Shown: positions 45,201 to 53,524 of the stretch, in pieces | Position numbering within the stretch: the stretch's first letter is position 1 | Layout: every line of letters starts with the position of its first letter | Virus record (IMG/VR): IMGVR_UViG_3300010226_000007 | Coordinates: 1 to 57,770 of that record | DNA length: 57,770 bases | Reading direction: 5' to 3' (one strand) | From: a virus | Lineage: Duplodnaviria > Caudoviricetes | Made by a program: the position numbers and the translations under genes | Notes under the pieces: model-generated | The model's input: the letters and a program-made list of their open reading frames with translations, nothing else | Databases searched by the model: none | What the model was told of the DNA's origin: nothing

Positions 45201-46688
45201 CGAGACGCGCTGCTGCGCCTCGGCGACCTGGCGGGCCGTCTCCACCTGCGTGCGCGCCGCCTCAGCCTGCGCATCCCGGACGGCCTGCTGCTGGTCGGCG
45301 ACGTTGCGCTGCGCCTGCGCGAGACGGTCTTGGGCGTTCTTGTAGGTGTCGGTGCCCTTGACGCCTGCCTTGTTCGCGGAGTCTGTCTCCGTCTTCAGGC
45401 GCTGCGTCTCGGTGGTCTGCTCCTTGAGCCGCTGCACCGCCTGGTCGTAGGCGAGCAGCGCCTTTTGCTTGTCCAGCTCGGTCGCGTTGGCGTTCTTCAG
45501 GACCGCGTCCCGCTGCGCCGTGGCTTCCTTCAGCTGGATTTCGGCGTCTCGCTGCGACAACTGGGCGTCGGTGAGCCGGTTGTTGAGGTCTTCTAGCTCC
45601 TGCACGGCCTGCTTGCGGGCGGCGGTCAGGTCGAGCTGGGCCTGCTTCGCTGCGGTCTGGGCGTCCGCGAGGGCGCGTTCGGCGTCCTGTACCCGGCGGG
45701 CCGCCTCCGCGTTGCGCTGGGCGGCCTGGGCGGCGGCGTCGGCGGCAGCCTGCTTGGCCTGCTTGACCTGCTGCTGGGCCTGTGCGATCTGGCGGGCGCC
45801 GTTGCGCTCGGCCGTCGCCAGAGCCTGCTGCGCGCCAGCCATCTGCAACGCCTTCGAGGCGCCCGACGAGTTGGCCTGCCCGCCACGGAGAGCCGAGTTC
45901 GTGGCGGCGTCCTGGGCGGCCTTCTGCGCTTGCAGCACGGTGCCCATCTGCTTGAACGCAGGGATGGCCACCAGCGCGATCGAGCCGACACCCGCAGCCG
46001 CTGCGGAGCCCGCAGCGGCGATCGCGCCCAAGCCGGCCGCGATGACCGGCAGCGCTGGCAGGATCGCCGGCCCCAGCGCGAGCGCGGCGAACACCAGGCC
46101 GTTGATGCTGGCCGTTGCCGAGGAGGCGTCGATGTCGACGTTCTTGCCGTCGACCGCGTCGACCTCGGCCCGCAGGGCCGCCAGCTGGGCCAGTGCGGCG
46201 GCGGTGTCGGCGCGGACCTGGACGTTCGGGTGCTCGGCGCCCAAACGGCGCAGCCGCGCCTCCACGTCCGTGATCTCAGCCAGGGCGGTCGCCGCGTCGA
46301 CGTCGATACCGATGCGCTTGCCCGACAGCGTCTCCAGGCGGGCCCGCAGCCGGGCCATGTCCGCGTCGAAGCCGGTCGTCGACAGGCCAACGTCCGCCTT
46401 CGGCAGCGAGCGGAAAGCCGCCTCCAGGCGCGCCTTCAGCGACCGGGAGAACGCGCCCGCCGTCTCATCGCCCTGCCGGGCCGCGGCCGGGCGCGCCGCC
46501 CGACCACCGGCGTTGATGCCGTCCCGGACCGCGGTGGTGAGCTGCGAGGCGATCTGCTGGCCGATGATGCGGCCGACCTCGTCACCGATCTGCCCCGCCG
46601 GCCCCACCAGAGCGGCGCGGAGACGGCCCTCGATGCCGCGCGCGTTGGGTACGACATCGACCTCGACGGAACCGACGGAGATTGCCAC
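42264..46688 (-). CDS. Tape measure protein with C-terminal NlpC/P60-like domain
   Basis: 1474 aa, Ala-rich coiled coil, WxNxIKP repeats, KPYQW..WDCSG..GHT. Confidence 0.9.
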   Translation of the reverse strand: MAISVGSVEVDVVPNARGIEGRLRAALVGPAGQIGDEVGRIIGQQIASQLTTAVRDGINAGGRAARPAAARQGDETAGAFSRSLKARLEAAFRSLPKADVGLSTTGFDADMARLRARLETLSGKRIGIDVDAATALAEITDVEARLRRLGAEHPNVQVRADTAAALAQLAALRAEVDAVDGKNVDIDASSATASINGLVFAALALGPAILPALPVIAAGLGAIAAAGSAAAAGVGSIALVAIPAFKQMGTVLQAQKAAQDAATNSALRGGQANSSGASKALQMAGAQQALATAERNGARQIAQAQQQVKQAKQAAADAAAQAAQRNAEAARRVQDAERALADAQTAAKQAQLDLTAARKQAVQELEDLNNRLTDAQLSQRDAEIQLKEATAQRDAVLKNANATELDKQKALLAYDQAVQRLKEQTTETQRLKTETDSANKAGVKGTDTYKNAQDRLAQAQRNVADQQQAVRDAQAEAARTQVETARQVAEAQQRVSEATANVAVAQQNAADSVASAQRQIASASQSAAGGVDQAAIAQSKYQQALDKLTPSARDTLNAFLDLRTAFGTWSKSLQPAVMPIFTRALVSLRNTLPTLTPFVRAAATAIKGLQDRASAQVKTPFWQGFKKDLQTSVIPAITGLGVAFGNVVKGMAGIIDAFLPHMSGISSTLQRITGRFANWATGLKGSPEFERFLSYAAEHGPVLARVLGQIFTAFLNVGKALGPISDVLLPLLGGLAEAIGIIADKAPWMIQLIYGIILATKLWAIAQGILNFVMSQNPVIRIALLIGVLVAAVIYAYNRFGWFRALVQGVWAAIQTGALFLWNNVLKPVFGFIVQAVQMVGRWAMWLWANAIKPAWDAISLAARILITAIVVAFILPAIVAFKILGGIAMWLWTNAIKPAFDAIASIARWLWTNVFKPVFQQIGDKAKWLYTNAIKPAFDFTVAAAKAMWETYLKPLFKAFWEGLKTIGKWASWLYTNAIKPAFDAIVDVGKKAWKYGIKPIFDGWKNIIKGLGGVFHDAVGAIKTAWDKVKDVAKKPVQFIVDTVYNNGIVGVWNKVASAFGAPKLHSFKFASGGVMPGYTPGRDVHKFLSPTGGALELSGGEAIMRPEFTRAVGTGFVSTMNSIARSRGAQGVKAALAPVFGGSAPASTDRSLRYAGGGVVQSFADGGIFGWIGKAANKVAGAGSDIWNTVKKGASWLSDTLEASARAGVKNVVDPLLKNFPGMDTGFGRLVRRIPTKIIDALFGYSKDADKKGAGGIGGPRIAAALKWAKTQAGKPYQWAGNGNPSWDCSGFMSAIESVIRGQKPHRRWATMAFSGKTAPPGWVYHGNSAFKIGITNAGVGHTAGTLGKTNVESRGGDGVVVGSRARGYNNKLFGSWYGFQPGKYDSGGYLQPGLNLAYNGTGRPEPVFTTQQANALTSLAAGGGAGPSRFEGDLYLDSGEWLGRVRGEAQQVVAQNNQQLVTALNARPRR

Positions 46689-46707
46689 CGGGAGCCTCCT
46701 CCCGGCG

Positions 46708-47160
46708 CTACGCGGCGCCCCCGTTGATCAGCTGGAACAAGCGGTCGGCACTGGCATCGGTGAGCTTCGCCTTCGGCCGCGGCGGCTTCGCTCCGGGCCG
46801 GCGGATCGGTTCGGGCGGCGTCGGCCGCTGCGCCTTCTTCGAGGTGTTTACGCAGATCAGCACGTACTCCAGGCGGGCCACCCGGTCCGCGACGACGGCG
46901 ACGAGCTGCTCCAGCTGCGACCAGCGGGCCTTCTCCGGGTCGCCGCCCTCCGCCTGCGCGGCCAGTTCCTCGTCGGACATGGCGTTGCGCAGGGCTGTCC
47001 ACGTGTGGGACTCGGGCGGCAGGTGCTGGATGATGACCCGCAGCCGCCGCCACGACATCCGTCCCCGGTGCACGTCGAGGACGTCGAGACCGCGGTCGAG
47101 GAGGTCGGCCTCTACCGATTCCGCGTGCTCCGCGAGGACGGCCGCGGTCCACTGGATTTC
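46708..47160 (-). CDS. Tail assembly chaperone, -1 frameshift extension
   Basis: Open -1 frame EIQWTAAVLAEH... starting at the slippery GGGGAAA (47157-47163). Confidence 0.7.
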   Translation of the reverse strand, partial: EIQWTAAVLAEHAESVEADLLDRGLDVLDVHRGRMSWRRLRVIIQHLPPESHTWTALRNAMSDEELAAQAEGGDPEKARWSQLEQLVAVVADRVARLEYVLICVNTSKKAQRPTPPEPIRRPGAKPPRPKAKLTDASADRLFQLINGGAA

Positions 47161-47462
47161 CCCAGGGCCTCCCCTGAGGCGCGGGAGGCGGCCTCGGCGA
47201 ACTTGCCGATGCCGTCCGTGGTGGGGTCGAGTTCCTCGTAGATGTCGTAGTCGTCCTCGTGGAGGACGCCAGCGAAGAAGCCGTCGAAGTCGCCCTGGTT
47301 GAGGCAGCGCAGGGCGGACGCGCGCCAGCGCGTGGCGGGCAGCGTCCGGACGTCCTTGGTGACGCCGTCGAAGCCGGCGAGCGGCACGGTGACGTACTCC
47401 TGCTCGTCCGCTTCGGTCTCCTGGGCGCGGGCGGCTTCGATCTGTTCCTTGGTGGCTGGCAT
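47112..47462 (-). CDS. Tail assembly chaperone
   Basis: Between major tail and tape measure; GAAGGAGG RBS; GK slippery site. Confidence 0.8.
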   Translation of the reverse strand: MPATKEQIEAARAQETEADEQEYVTVPLAGFDGVTKDVRTLPATRWRASALRCLNQGDFDGFFAGVLHEDDYDIYEELDPTTDGIGKFAEAASRASGEALGKSSGPRPSSRSTRNR

Positions 47463-47553
47463 GGCGCGGGCCTCCTTCGTTCACGGCGCGGGCAGTACGG
47501 GGTGAGGTGGACGGGCCGGGCCCGCGCCGACGGTTCGCGGCCCGCCCACCAGC

Positions 47554-48144
47554 TCAGGACCCGGTGTAGGCGGGCGTCGCCGGGAGCTTGTCGGTGTGGT
47601 AGACGGTGTTGCCCGCGGCGTCCGGGTAGGCCGTGACGGTGATCTCGTAGCCGGACATCTCGTCCTGCTTGAACGTGACGTCCGAGCGGTCGGAGATCTC
47701 GCCCTGGGGGACGTAGAAGCCGCGGGCGGTGTCGCCGTCGAACACGGCGAACCACCACGAGCGGCGGTCCGGGGTCGGGGAGGCGGTCTCGGCGAACGAG
47801 GTGATGCCGCTGACACCGTCCGGGTCGAGGTCGGCCGCCGGAATCCGGTACATGATCGACTGGACGGCGACGCGGGCCGTCTCCCACAGCGTCAGCTGGA
47901 ACGTCCGCACACTCTTGGTGATCTGCGTGCGGAACGGCGACGTCAGGCCCCACGGCGTGAACTCCTGGGAGTCCTCGTCGAAGCCGTAGACGAGACCGTC
48001 GTCGGAGATGGCGCCGAGCGGCTCCCACGGGGAGACGGGCTGCGTCAGCGGCGACGTCGGAGCGGTGGTGCCGACGGCCGCCACCCAGCCGCCACCGTTG
48101 GCGCCGATGACAGTGAGGTCCGCCGCGCGGGTGATGTTGACCAT
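47554..48144 (-). CDS. Major tail (tube) protein
   Basis: LGAISDDG...PWG...TF..TLWET; position. Confidence 0.85.
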   Translation of the reverse strand: MVNITRAADLTVIGANGGGWVAAVGTTAPTSPLTQPVSPWEPLGAISDDGLVYGFDEDSQEFTPWGLTSPFRTQITKSVRTFQLTLWETARVAVQSIMYRIPAADLDPDGVSGITSFAETASPTPDRRSWWFAVFDGDTARGFYVPQGEISDRSDVTFKQDEMSGYEITVTAYPDAAGNTVYHTDKLPATPAYTGS

Positions 48145-48215
48145 TGGGTCTCCAGACATGCGAAGACCCCGCGGCAGGCGGGGTCGGGTTACGGGTCCGG
48201 CGCGGGCCCAGCCGG

Positions 48216-48614
48216 TCAGGAGACCGGGTGACAGTAGATCTCGTAGGTCGCTCCGACACGGCGGAGCGCGGTGTTCTCGTAGGGGCGGACAGCGGGCCGG
48301 GAGATGGTGCCGGTCCGGCCGAACACGGCGTGCTCGGTGACGCTGCCGCGCAGCCGGGTGAGGACCCAGCTGCGAATGGTTGCGGCCAGGGCGATCGCAT
48401 CGGCGCGCGTGGAGTGGTAGACGTCAATGTCGACAAACGGCCGGTCCAGCCGGAACCCGTCGTCATCCCCGCCCGCCACCTGCACCTGCACCGTGGGAAG
48501 CTCGTTGGCCAGGTTGTTGTCGAGCTCGTCGCGGACCACGACGCCATCGCCCAGGAAGGCCCGCAGGGCGACCATCACGGCCAGCTCGACGTCCACAGAT
48601 CCGACGTCAGCCAT
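48216..48614 (-). CDS. Tail terminator
   Basis: Size and position; V..GG.DD...D.P.VDIDVY. Confidence 0.7.
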   Translation of the reverse strand: MADVGSVDVELAVMVALRAFLGDGVVVRDELDNNLANELPTVQVQVAGGDDDGFRLDRPFVDIDVYHSTRADAIALAATIRSWVLTRLRGSVTEHAVFGRTGTISRPAVRPYENTALRRVGATYEIYCHPVS

Positions 48615-48940
48615 CAGCCGCCGCCCGCCTGCGCCGCCCGCAGCAGCACGTGATGCGCGGGCACCCGCTCCGTGCCGTACTCCACCCAGCGGGCGTAGTA
48701 GGCGCCGTTACGGACATAGGCCACCGCGCGATCCCTGCGGCGCCCGCCCCGCTTCGTGCTGTCGGTGCTCCAACTGGCCTTGTACTCGCCCGGATGCGGG
48801 TCGCCGGGACCGCCCACCGGGGACAGGGCCACAGCCGCAGACTCGATCTCCTGGGCACGGCGCACGAGATCCGCTCGGATCATCTCCGACCGCAGGAGCT
48901 CACCCACGCCTTTGCGGTTCATCTTGAACCGTGCTGCCAT
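48614..48940 (-). CDS. HK97 gp10-like neck protein
   Basis: YARWVEYGT motif. Confidence 0.7.
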   Translation of the reverse strand: MAARFKMNRKGVGELLRSEMIRADLVRRAQEIESAAVALSPVGGPGDPHPGEYKASWSTDSTKRGGRRRDRAVAYVRNGAYYARWVEYGTERVPAHHVLLRAAQAGGG

Positions 48941-48975
48941 AGCCCCTCCTACAACTTGCACACCAGGGGGCGGAC

Positions 48976-49296
48976 ATGGACGTGAAGGGCGTGCTCGGCA
49001 CCATCAGCTTCGACGGCGAATGGGTCACCATCACCAAGACACCCGTCGGCCAGCGGCCGGCACCGGTCAGGCTGCGCGCCGCAGACATCACCGGCACCCG
49101 GTACAAGCCCGGCAGTCGGCTGTTCCACGGCTACGTGCAGTTTCTCCTCCCGGGCAGCGTCGCCGCCGGAGAGAAGGGCGGGCTCGCGCACGGCGGCAGG
49201 CCGCCCTACGAAGACCCCAACAGCCTGTCCATCCCGCGCAAGAGCAACGACGCAGCCGAGAAGCTCGTCGCCGCCATCGAGCAGGCCCGCGGCTAG
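48976..49296 (+). CDS. DUF4429-like (PH-fold) protein, antisense to the late operon
   Basis: KGVLGTISFDGEWVTI...I.....KP....GYVQF; fills the gap between two neck genes. Confidence 0.7.
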   Translation: MDVKGVLGTISFDGEWVTITKTPVGQRPAPVRLRAADITGTRYKPGSRLFHGYVQFLLPGSVAAGEKGGLAHGGRPPYEDPNSLSIPRKSNDAAEKLVAAIEQARG

Positions 49297-49655
49297 CCGG
49301 TCACCCGGTCCGCGGCGAACTGCACCGGGCCGCGGGTGCCGGTGAACGGGGAGCGTCCCCAGTCACCCGGCTCGCCCGTGACCTCGCAGACAACGCCGCG
49401 GACCCGGGCCCTGTCCGTGGTGCGCAGCACGGTGCCCGCCGGGGCGTACACCGTCCAGCCGACCACGACCGTGTCCCGGCCCTGCTGCTCCGAACCGCCC
49501 ACCTGCGGGGACGACTCGCGCGGCGTGACCACACACCCGGGCACGTCGAACGACTCGTCCACTCCGGGCAGCGGATGCCCGCGGTCGTCCCGGCCCGGCG
49601 AGGCGCCCGTGCGCAGGATCCGCACCGTCTCCCCGAACGGGTAAGGGCCGGGCAT
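49293..49655 (-). CDS. Head-tail stopper
   Basis: Position; EVTGEP..W.SPFTG motif. Confidence 0.7.
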   Translation of the reverse strand: MPGPYPFGETVRILRTGASPGRDDRGHPLPGVDESFDVPGCVVTPRESSPQVGGSEQQGRDTVVVGWTVYAPAGTVLRTTDRARVRGVVCEVTGEPGDWGRSPFTGTRGPVQFAADRVTG

Positions 49656-50072
49656 CTACACCCACCCCCAGCCCGGCTCGTACTCCAGGCCCGGACCGTA
49701 GTCGTCGTCGACCGGATAGGTCGGCGACGGGTCCGCGGTCGCTGGCGTTGGGTTCACGGTGAACGCTCCACCGCGCCCGGCCAGGGACTTGAGCGCGGTC
49801 TTGTCGGCCTTCGTCAGATACAGGCCGCCAGAACCCTGCGGGCGCTGCACCGACATGGGGCCGATCGTCTCGTAAGAGACGGCCTGCGGGTTGACGTAAG
49901 CCCGGCCGGCCACCGACAGCACCACCGCGGTGGCGCGGTCCGGCAGCGGCTTGACCACCGTCTCGCACAGGGCGACCGCCTGCGTCAGCAGCAGATCCGC
50001 CCGGTCGCCGTTGATCTCCGGCAGGTCCAGGAAGAGCGCCAGTTCCTCGGCGGTTGGTGCCACGAACGTCAT
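49656..50072 (-). CDS. Head-tail adaptor
   Basis: RAYVNP...ETIGP...LYLT motif. Confidence 0.75.
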   Translation of the reverse strand: MTFVAPTAEELALFLDLPEINGDRADLLLTQAVALCETVVKPLPDRATAVVLSVAGRAYVNPQAVSYETIGPMSVQRPQGSGGLYLTKADKTALKSLAGRGGAFTVNPTPATADPSPTYPVDDDYGPGLEYEPGWGWV

Positions 50073-50081
50073 CGCCGCCTC

Positions 50082-51089
50082 CTAGGCCAGGGCCTCCACT
50101 GCATCGCACCAGGCGGCCAGTTCGTCCGTGGGATCCAGTTCCGCCGACCGTGCCCGCGCCCGCTTTGACGCCAGCCGGTACTCGGCGGGCTGCAGGAGCT
50201 TGCGCAGCACCGCCTCGTAGCCGTCGATGTCGTTGCGGTCGACGAACACGCCCGCCTCGCCCAGCGACTCACACAGGCCCGGCGTCGGGTGCGCGACGAC
50301 CGGGATGCCCGAGGCGAGCGCCTCACAGCCCGCCCGGCCCCACGACTCATACGAGGAGGGCATCAGCAGGACGCGGGTCTTGGCGTACACCCGCTGCCGC
50401 ATCTCCGAGCCGGGCACCTGCTGCAGCACCTCAACGTTCGGCAAGTCGGGGAGGATCTGCTCGCCGTAGGCGCCAGCCACCGCCAGGAACTCGGTGTCGG
50501 GCATCCGGCGGGCCAGGGCCTCCAGAACCTTGCCGCCCTTCTCGACGTTGCAGTTGACCAGCGTCACCTTCGAACCCGGCTTGGTCCGGTACTCATCAGC
50601 GAACACCGGAGGCCGCACAATCAGCGTGCGCGCCGGCCGGACGGCCTTCGGGTACTCCGCGTAGAACAGCTCCGCCTCACGCTGCATCCAGTGGGAGTTG
50701 AGCACCGCCAGTGCCACACCGCCGGAGGCGATGTCGCGGAACGTGGGCCGGTGCGTGTTGTGGCAGATCGCCACCACCGGCTTGCCGTAGCCGCGGGCCA
50801 GCGCCGACGTCGACGGCACGTTCTCCAGGTGGGACAGGAGGACGTCAGCGGTGCGGACCGCGGTGGCGAAGTCCAGCCGCGCCTGCAGCGGCACCACGTG
50901 GACGCCGTCGAGGTCGTAGGGCTGGCCGTCGCCGGAGTAGCGGGACAGCCACACCTGCACGTCGTGGCCACGCTCGACGAGCGCCCGCAGCATGCTGTGC
51001 GCCATCCACTCGGCTCCCGCGTTGTGCTGCGGCGGGTAGCCGTGCAGCCGGGCGATGATGCGCATCACCCGGCCCGCACCAGCGGTCAC
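50082..51089 (-). CDS. GT-B fold (GT4-like) glycosyltransferase
   Basis: GAE..H..L.ERGHDV, KGG, PS.YESWGRAGCEALASGIPVV (EX7E) motifs. Confidence 0.88.
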   Translation of the reverse strand: MTAGAGRVMRIIARLHGYPPQHNAGAEWMAHSMLRALVERGHDVQVWLSRYSGDGQPYDLDGVHVVPLQARLDFATAVRTADVLLSHLENVPSTSALARGYGKPVVAICHNTHRPTFRDIASGGVALAVLNSHWMQREAELFYAEYPKAVRPARTLIVRPPVFADEYRTKPGSKVTLVNCNVEKGGKVLEALARRMPDTEFLAVAGAYGEQILPDLPNVEVLQQVPGSEMRQRVYAKTRVLLMPSSYESWGRAGCEALASGIPVVAHPTPGLCESLGEAGVFVDRNDIDGYEAVLRKLLQPAEYRLASKRARARSAELDPTDELAAWCDAVEALA

Positions 51090-52042
51090 GAGGCTCCGGC
51101 GGTCGCCACGTACCGCACGAACGCCTCCTCGTCACCGAGGACGAACCCGTAGTACGCCTCGGCGAGCAGGAGGTACAGGTTCTCCTGGAACGCGAAGTGG
51201 ACGCCGCCGTCCTCGTCGACGTAGCCAGACTCCTGGCTGATCTTGACCGTGATGTCCATGCCGACGCCGTAGGCCGCCTGCGACCAGTCGCCACCGACCG
51301 CCCGCAGGCCAGAATCCACAGAGGTGGACTGGCGGCGCAGCTTGCCCGAGACGCTGCGCGAGTAGGCGACCGGCTCGCCGACCAGCGTGCCCGCCAGCGC
51401 CGCACCCGTACCCGGCTGGGTCGTGTCGACGAAGATGGGCTGACCGGTGGTGTCGGTGGCCTTCAGCAGCTTCGGCTTGAGCCGGTTGTCGGCGACGGTA
51501 CCGGTGTAGTCCCAGTCGTCGTCGACGATGAGCTCCTGGCCGTTGACCAGGTCGGTCCAGATGCCGCCCGTGGACTGGCCGGTCGTGCCCAGCACGACCT
51601 CCTTGGAGGTCGCCGCCAGGTAGTCCGCGAACGGCCCCGTCGCGCCCTTCATGGTCCGGCCGTGGATCGCGGCCATGTCGAAGGCGCGCGCGAAGGCCGT
51701 CGGCAGGTCGTTCTGCAGCTGCGCCCACAGACCCGCCGCGTTGGAGCGCACGACCTCCATGGAGACCGGGATCAGGACGGCGACCTTCTTGCCGGACATC
51801 TCCTTCACGGCAACCCCGCCGCTGCTGAGCGGCTTCTTACCGCCCTCAGAGACCCAGTCGGCGGTCGGCACGTCGAGCGGGACCGGCACCGCAGTGTTCG
51901 CGGACATGGCCAGCGGCACCCGGCGGGCCAGGCTCATGACGGCCGACTGCTCGACGGACTTCTCGAAGATCGGTCCCGTCAGGGTCGGCGGCAGGAAGGT
52001 CGGATCGACGTCCGACAGCTTGATGGGCGGCGTGGCTGCCAT
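51086..52042 (-). CDS. Major capsid protein (HK97 fold)
   Basis: ADWVSEG..KP, K.AVLIPVS.E, GDWS, AFQEN; follows the scaffold gene. Confidence 0.9.
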   Translation of the reverse strand: MAATPPIKLSDVDPTFLPPTLTGPIFEKSVEQSAVMSLARRVPLAMSANTAVPVPLDVPTADWVSEGGKKPLSSGGVAVKEMSGKKVAVLIPVSMEVVRSNAAGLWAQLQNDLPTAFARAFDMAAIHGRTMKGATGPFADYLAATSKEVVLGTTGQSTGGIWTDLVNGQELIVDDDWDYTGTVADNRLKPKLLKATDTTGQPIFVDTTQPGTGAALAGTLVGEPVAYSRSVSGKLRRQSTSVDSGLRAVGGDWSQAAYGVGMDITVKISQESGYVDEDGGVHFAFQENLYLLLAEAYYGFVLGDEEAFVRYVATAGAS

Positions 52043-52054
52043 GGCTTACCTCTC

Positions 52055-52651
52055 TCAGTGGCCCCTCCCAGGGAGGGCCCTCTCTAGGAATGCGGTGAAC
52101 TCAGCACCGGGGTCAGAAGGTGATCGGTGTCCGTTGCCGGAGGAGCCCTGCGTGCGATCCGCCCTCGGAGCGCGCGGAGAGTTGTCGGCAGGCTTGGCGA
52201 GATGCGGCTTGCGCTTGAGCAGCTCGGCGAGCCCGGAACGGATGCCGTCCGTGTCGATGTCGCCGTCGTCGTTGACGAAGCCGTCCAGGTCGAGGAATGC
52301 GTGCGCGTCGTCCGGGTCGGCGAACTCGGCGGCCGCCAGCGCCCGCACCTCCGCCCGCACAGCCCGCTGCTGCACGGCCTTGAAGCGGTCCTGCGCCGCG
52401 GTGAGCTGCTCGCCCAGCCGCTGCGCCTCGGACTTCTGCGCGTCCTCCAGCTCCTGCGCCTTCTTGGCCAGGGGCTCGAGCTCGCCCGCCTTCGTGCGGT
52501 ACTTGGCCGCCTCACGGCGCAGCTTCTCGATCTCCTTGCGGGCTGCGTCCGGATCGGCCCACGGATCGGTCGGCTTCTGCTCCGCCTCCGGGGCGGACCC
52601 AGCTTCCGGCGTCTCCTGTTCGACCTGCTCGGTCTCCTCGTTCTCGGGCAT
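52055..52651 (-). CDS. Capsid scaffolding protein
   Basis: Acidic N terminus, LRREAAKYR coiled coil, KPHLA. Confidence 0.8.
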   Translation of the reverse strand: MPENEETEQVEQETPEAGSAPEAEQKPTDPWADPDAARKEIEKLRREAAKYRTKAGELEPLAKKAQELEDAQKSEAQRLGEQLTAAQDRFKAVQQRAVRAEVRALAAAEFADPDDAHAFLDLDGFVNDDGDIDTDGIRSGLAELLKRKPHLAKPADNSPRAPRADRTQGSSGNGHRSPSDPGAEFTAFLERALPGRGH

Positions 52652-52660
52652 GGTGAAGTG

Positions 52661-52697
52661 GCCCTCCAGGGGCGATACGGCCGCCTCCAGGGCAGCC
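52661..52697 (-). promoter_or_regulatory. Two CUGGA-loop hairpins in the scaffold leader
   Basis: GGCTGCC-CTGGA-GGCGGCC and GCCC-CTGGA-GGGC (the latter contains the RBS). Confidence 0.55.
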
Positions 52698-52708
52698 AAG
52701 GGGGTTGG

Positions 52709-53524
52709 TCAGTTCGAGCCCGGCAGCGGATTGCTGTCGTGCTCAGCGAGCGCCCGCCTGAACAGACGGAGCTGATCGCCCGAGTGGCCCTGCGCGTACT
52801 CGCGGTACAGCCGGTCCCACTCCGCTGCATGCGGGGACAGCTCGAACCGCTGCCCCCGGAACACGGGGATGATCGTGCAGTGGCAGTTGTCGTGGAACTT
52901 CACGACGCTCGCGTCCCCGCTGAACCGTTCGTCGGCCTCCCGGCCAGCGGTCTGCGCGTTCTTGTACACGGCCCCACGCGAGGCCATGAGCTTGCAGAAC
53001 GAGCAGCCACCCAGCGCGGCGGCCCGGGCGTAGGCGACAGCGCCGCGGTCCTGCCGCACCGCCTGCCGCACCGTATCCCGGCCCTGGTCCGCCGTCAGCT
53101 TCTGCGCGACCATCTCGGCCTTCTTCATGGCCTGCTCAAGCCGCACATCCAACGGCTCCCGCTGAGCCACCGACGCCGTCGCCTCATCCCGCGGCCACAG
53201 ATCCTTCGTCGCCCACCGCAGGCCGGCCGCAACCTGCTCCGCCGCAGGGCCCTCGGCAGGGGCGGCCGTGAAGCGGCCTGCCACGCCGGCAGCAGCCCGC
53301 TCAGCCTCGTAGAAGGCGATGGCCAGCGTCGCCGACGTGGCCCCGTACCGGTCGACCACCAGCCGCACGGCATCGATCCAGTCCGCGACCGACTCCTGCA
53401 AATTCGCCGCCCTGATCAGGCGCCGCAGGGTGCGCATATCCCGCACCAGGAGCCGGGTCAGGCCGATCTGCGCGGTCCGATACCGGGCCACGGCAGCACT
53501 GCTATCCGAGACCCGCGCCGCCAC
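52709..53524 (-). CDS. Minor capsid / MuF-like protein
   Basis: CSFCKLMASRG...FHDNCHC; between portal and scaffold. Confidence 0.75.
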   Translation of the reverse strand: MAARVSDSSAAVARYRTAQIGLTRLLVRDMRTLRRLIRAANLQESVADWIDAVRLVVDRYGATSATLAIAFYEAERAAAGVAGRFTAAPAEGPAAEQVAAGLRWATKDLWPRDEATASVAQREPLDVRLEQAMKKAEMVAQKLTADQGRDTVRQAVRQDRGAVAYARAAALGGCSFCKLMASRGAVYKNAQTAGREADERFSGDASVVKFHDNCHCTIIPVFRGQRFELSPHAAEWDRLYREYAQGHSGDQLRLFRRALAEHDSNPLPGSN

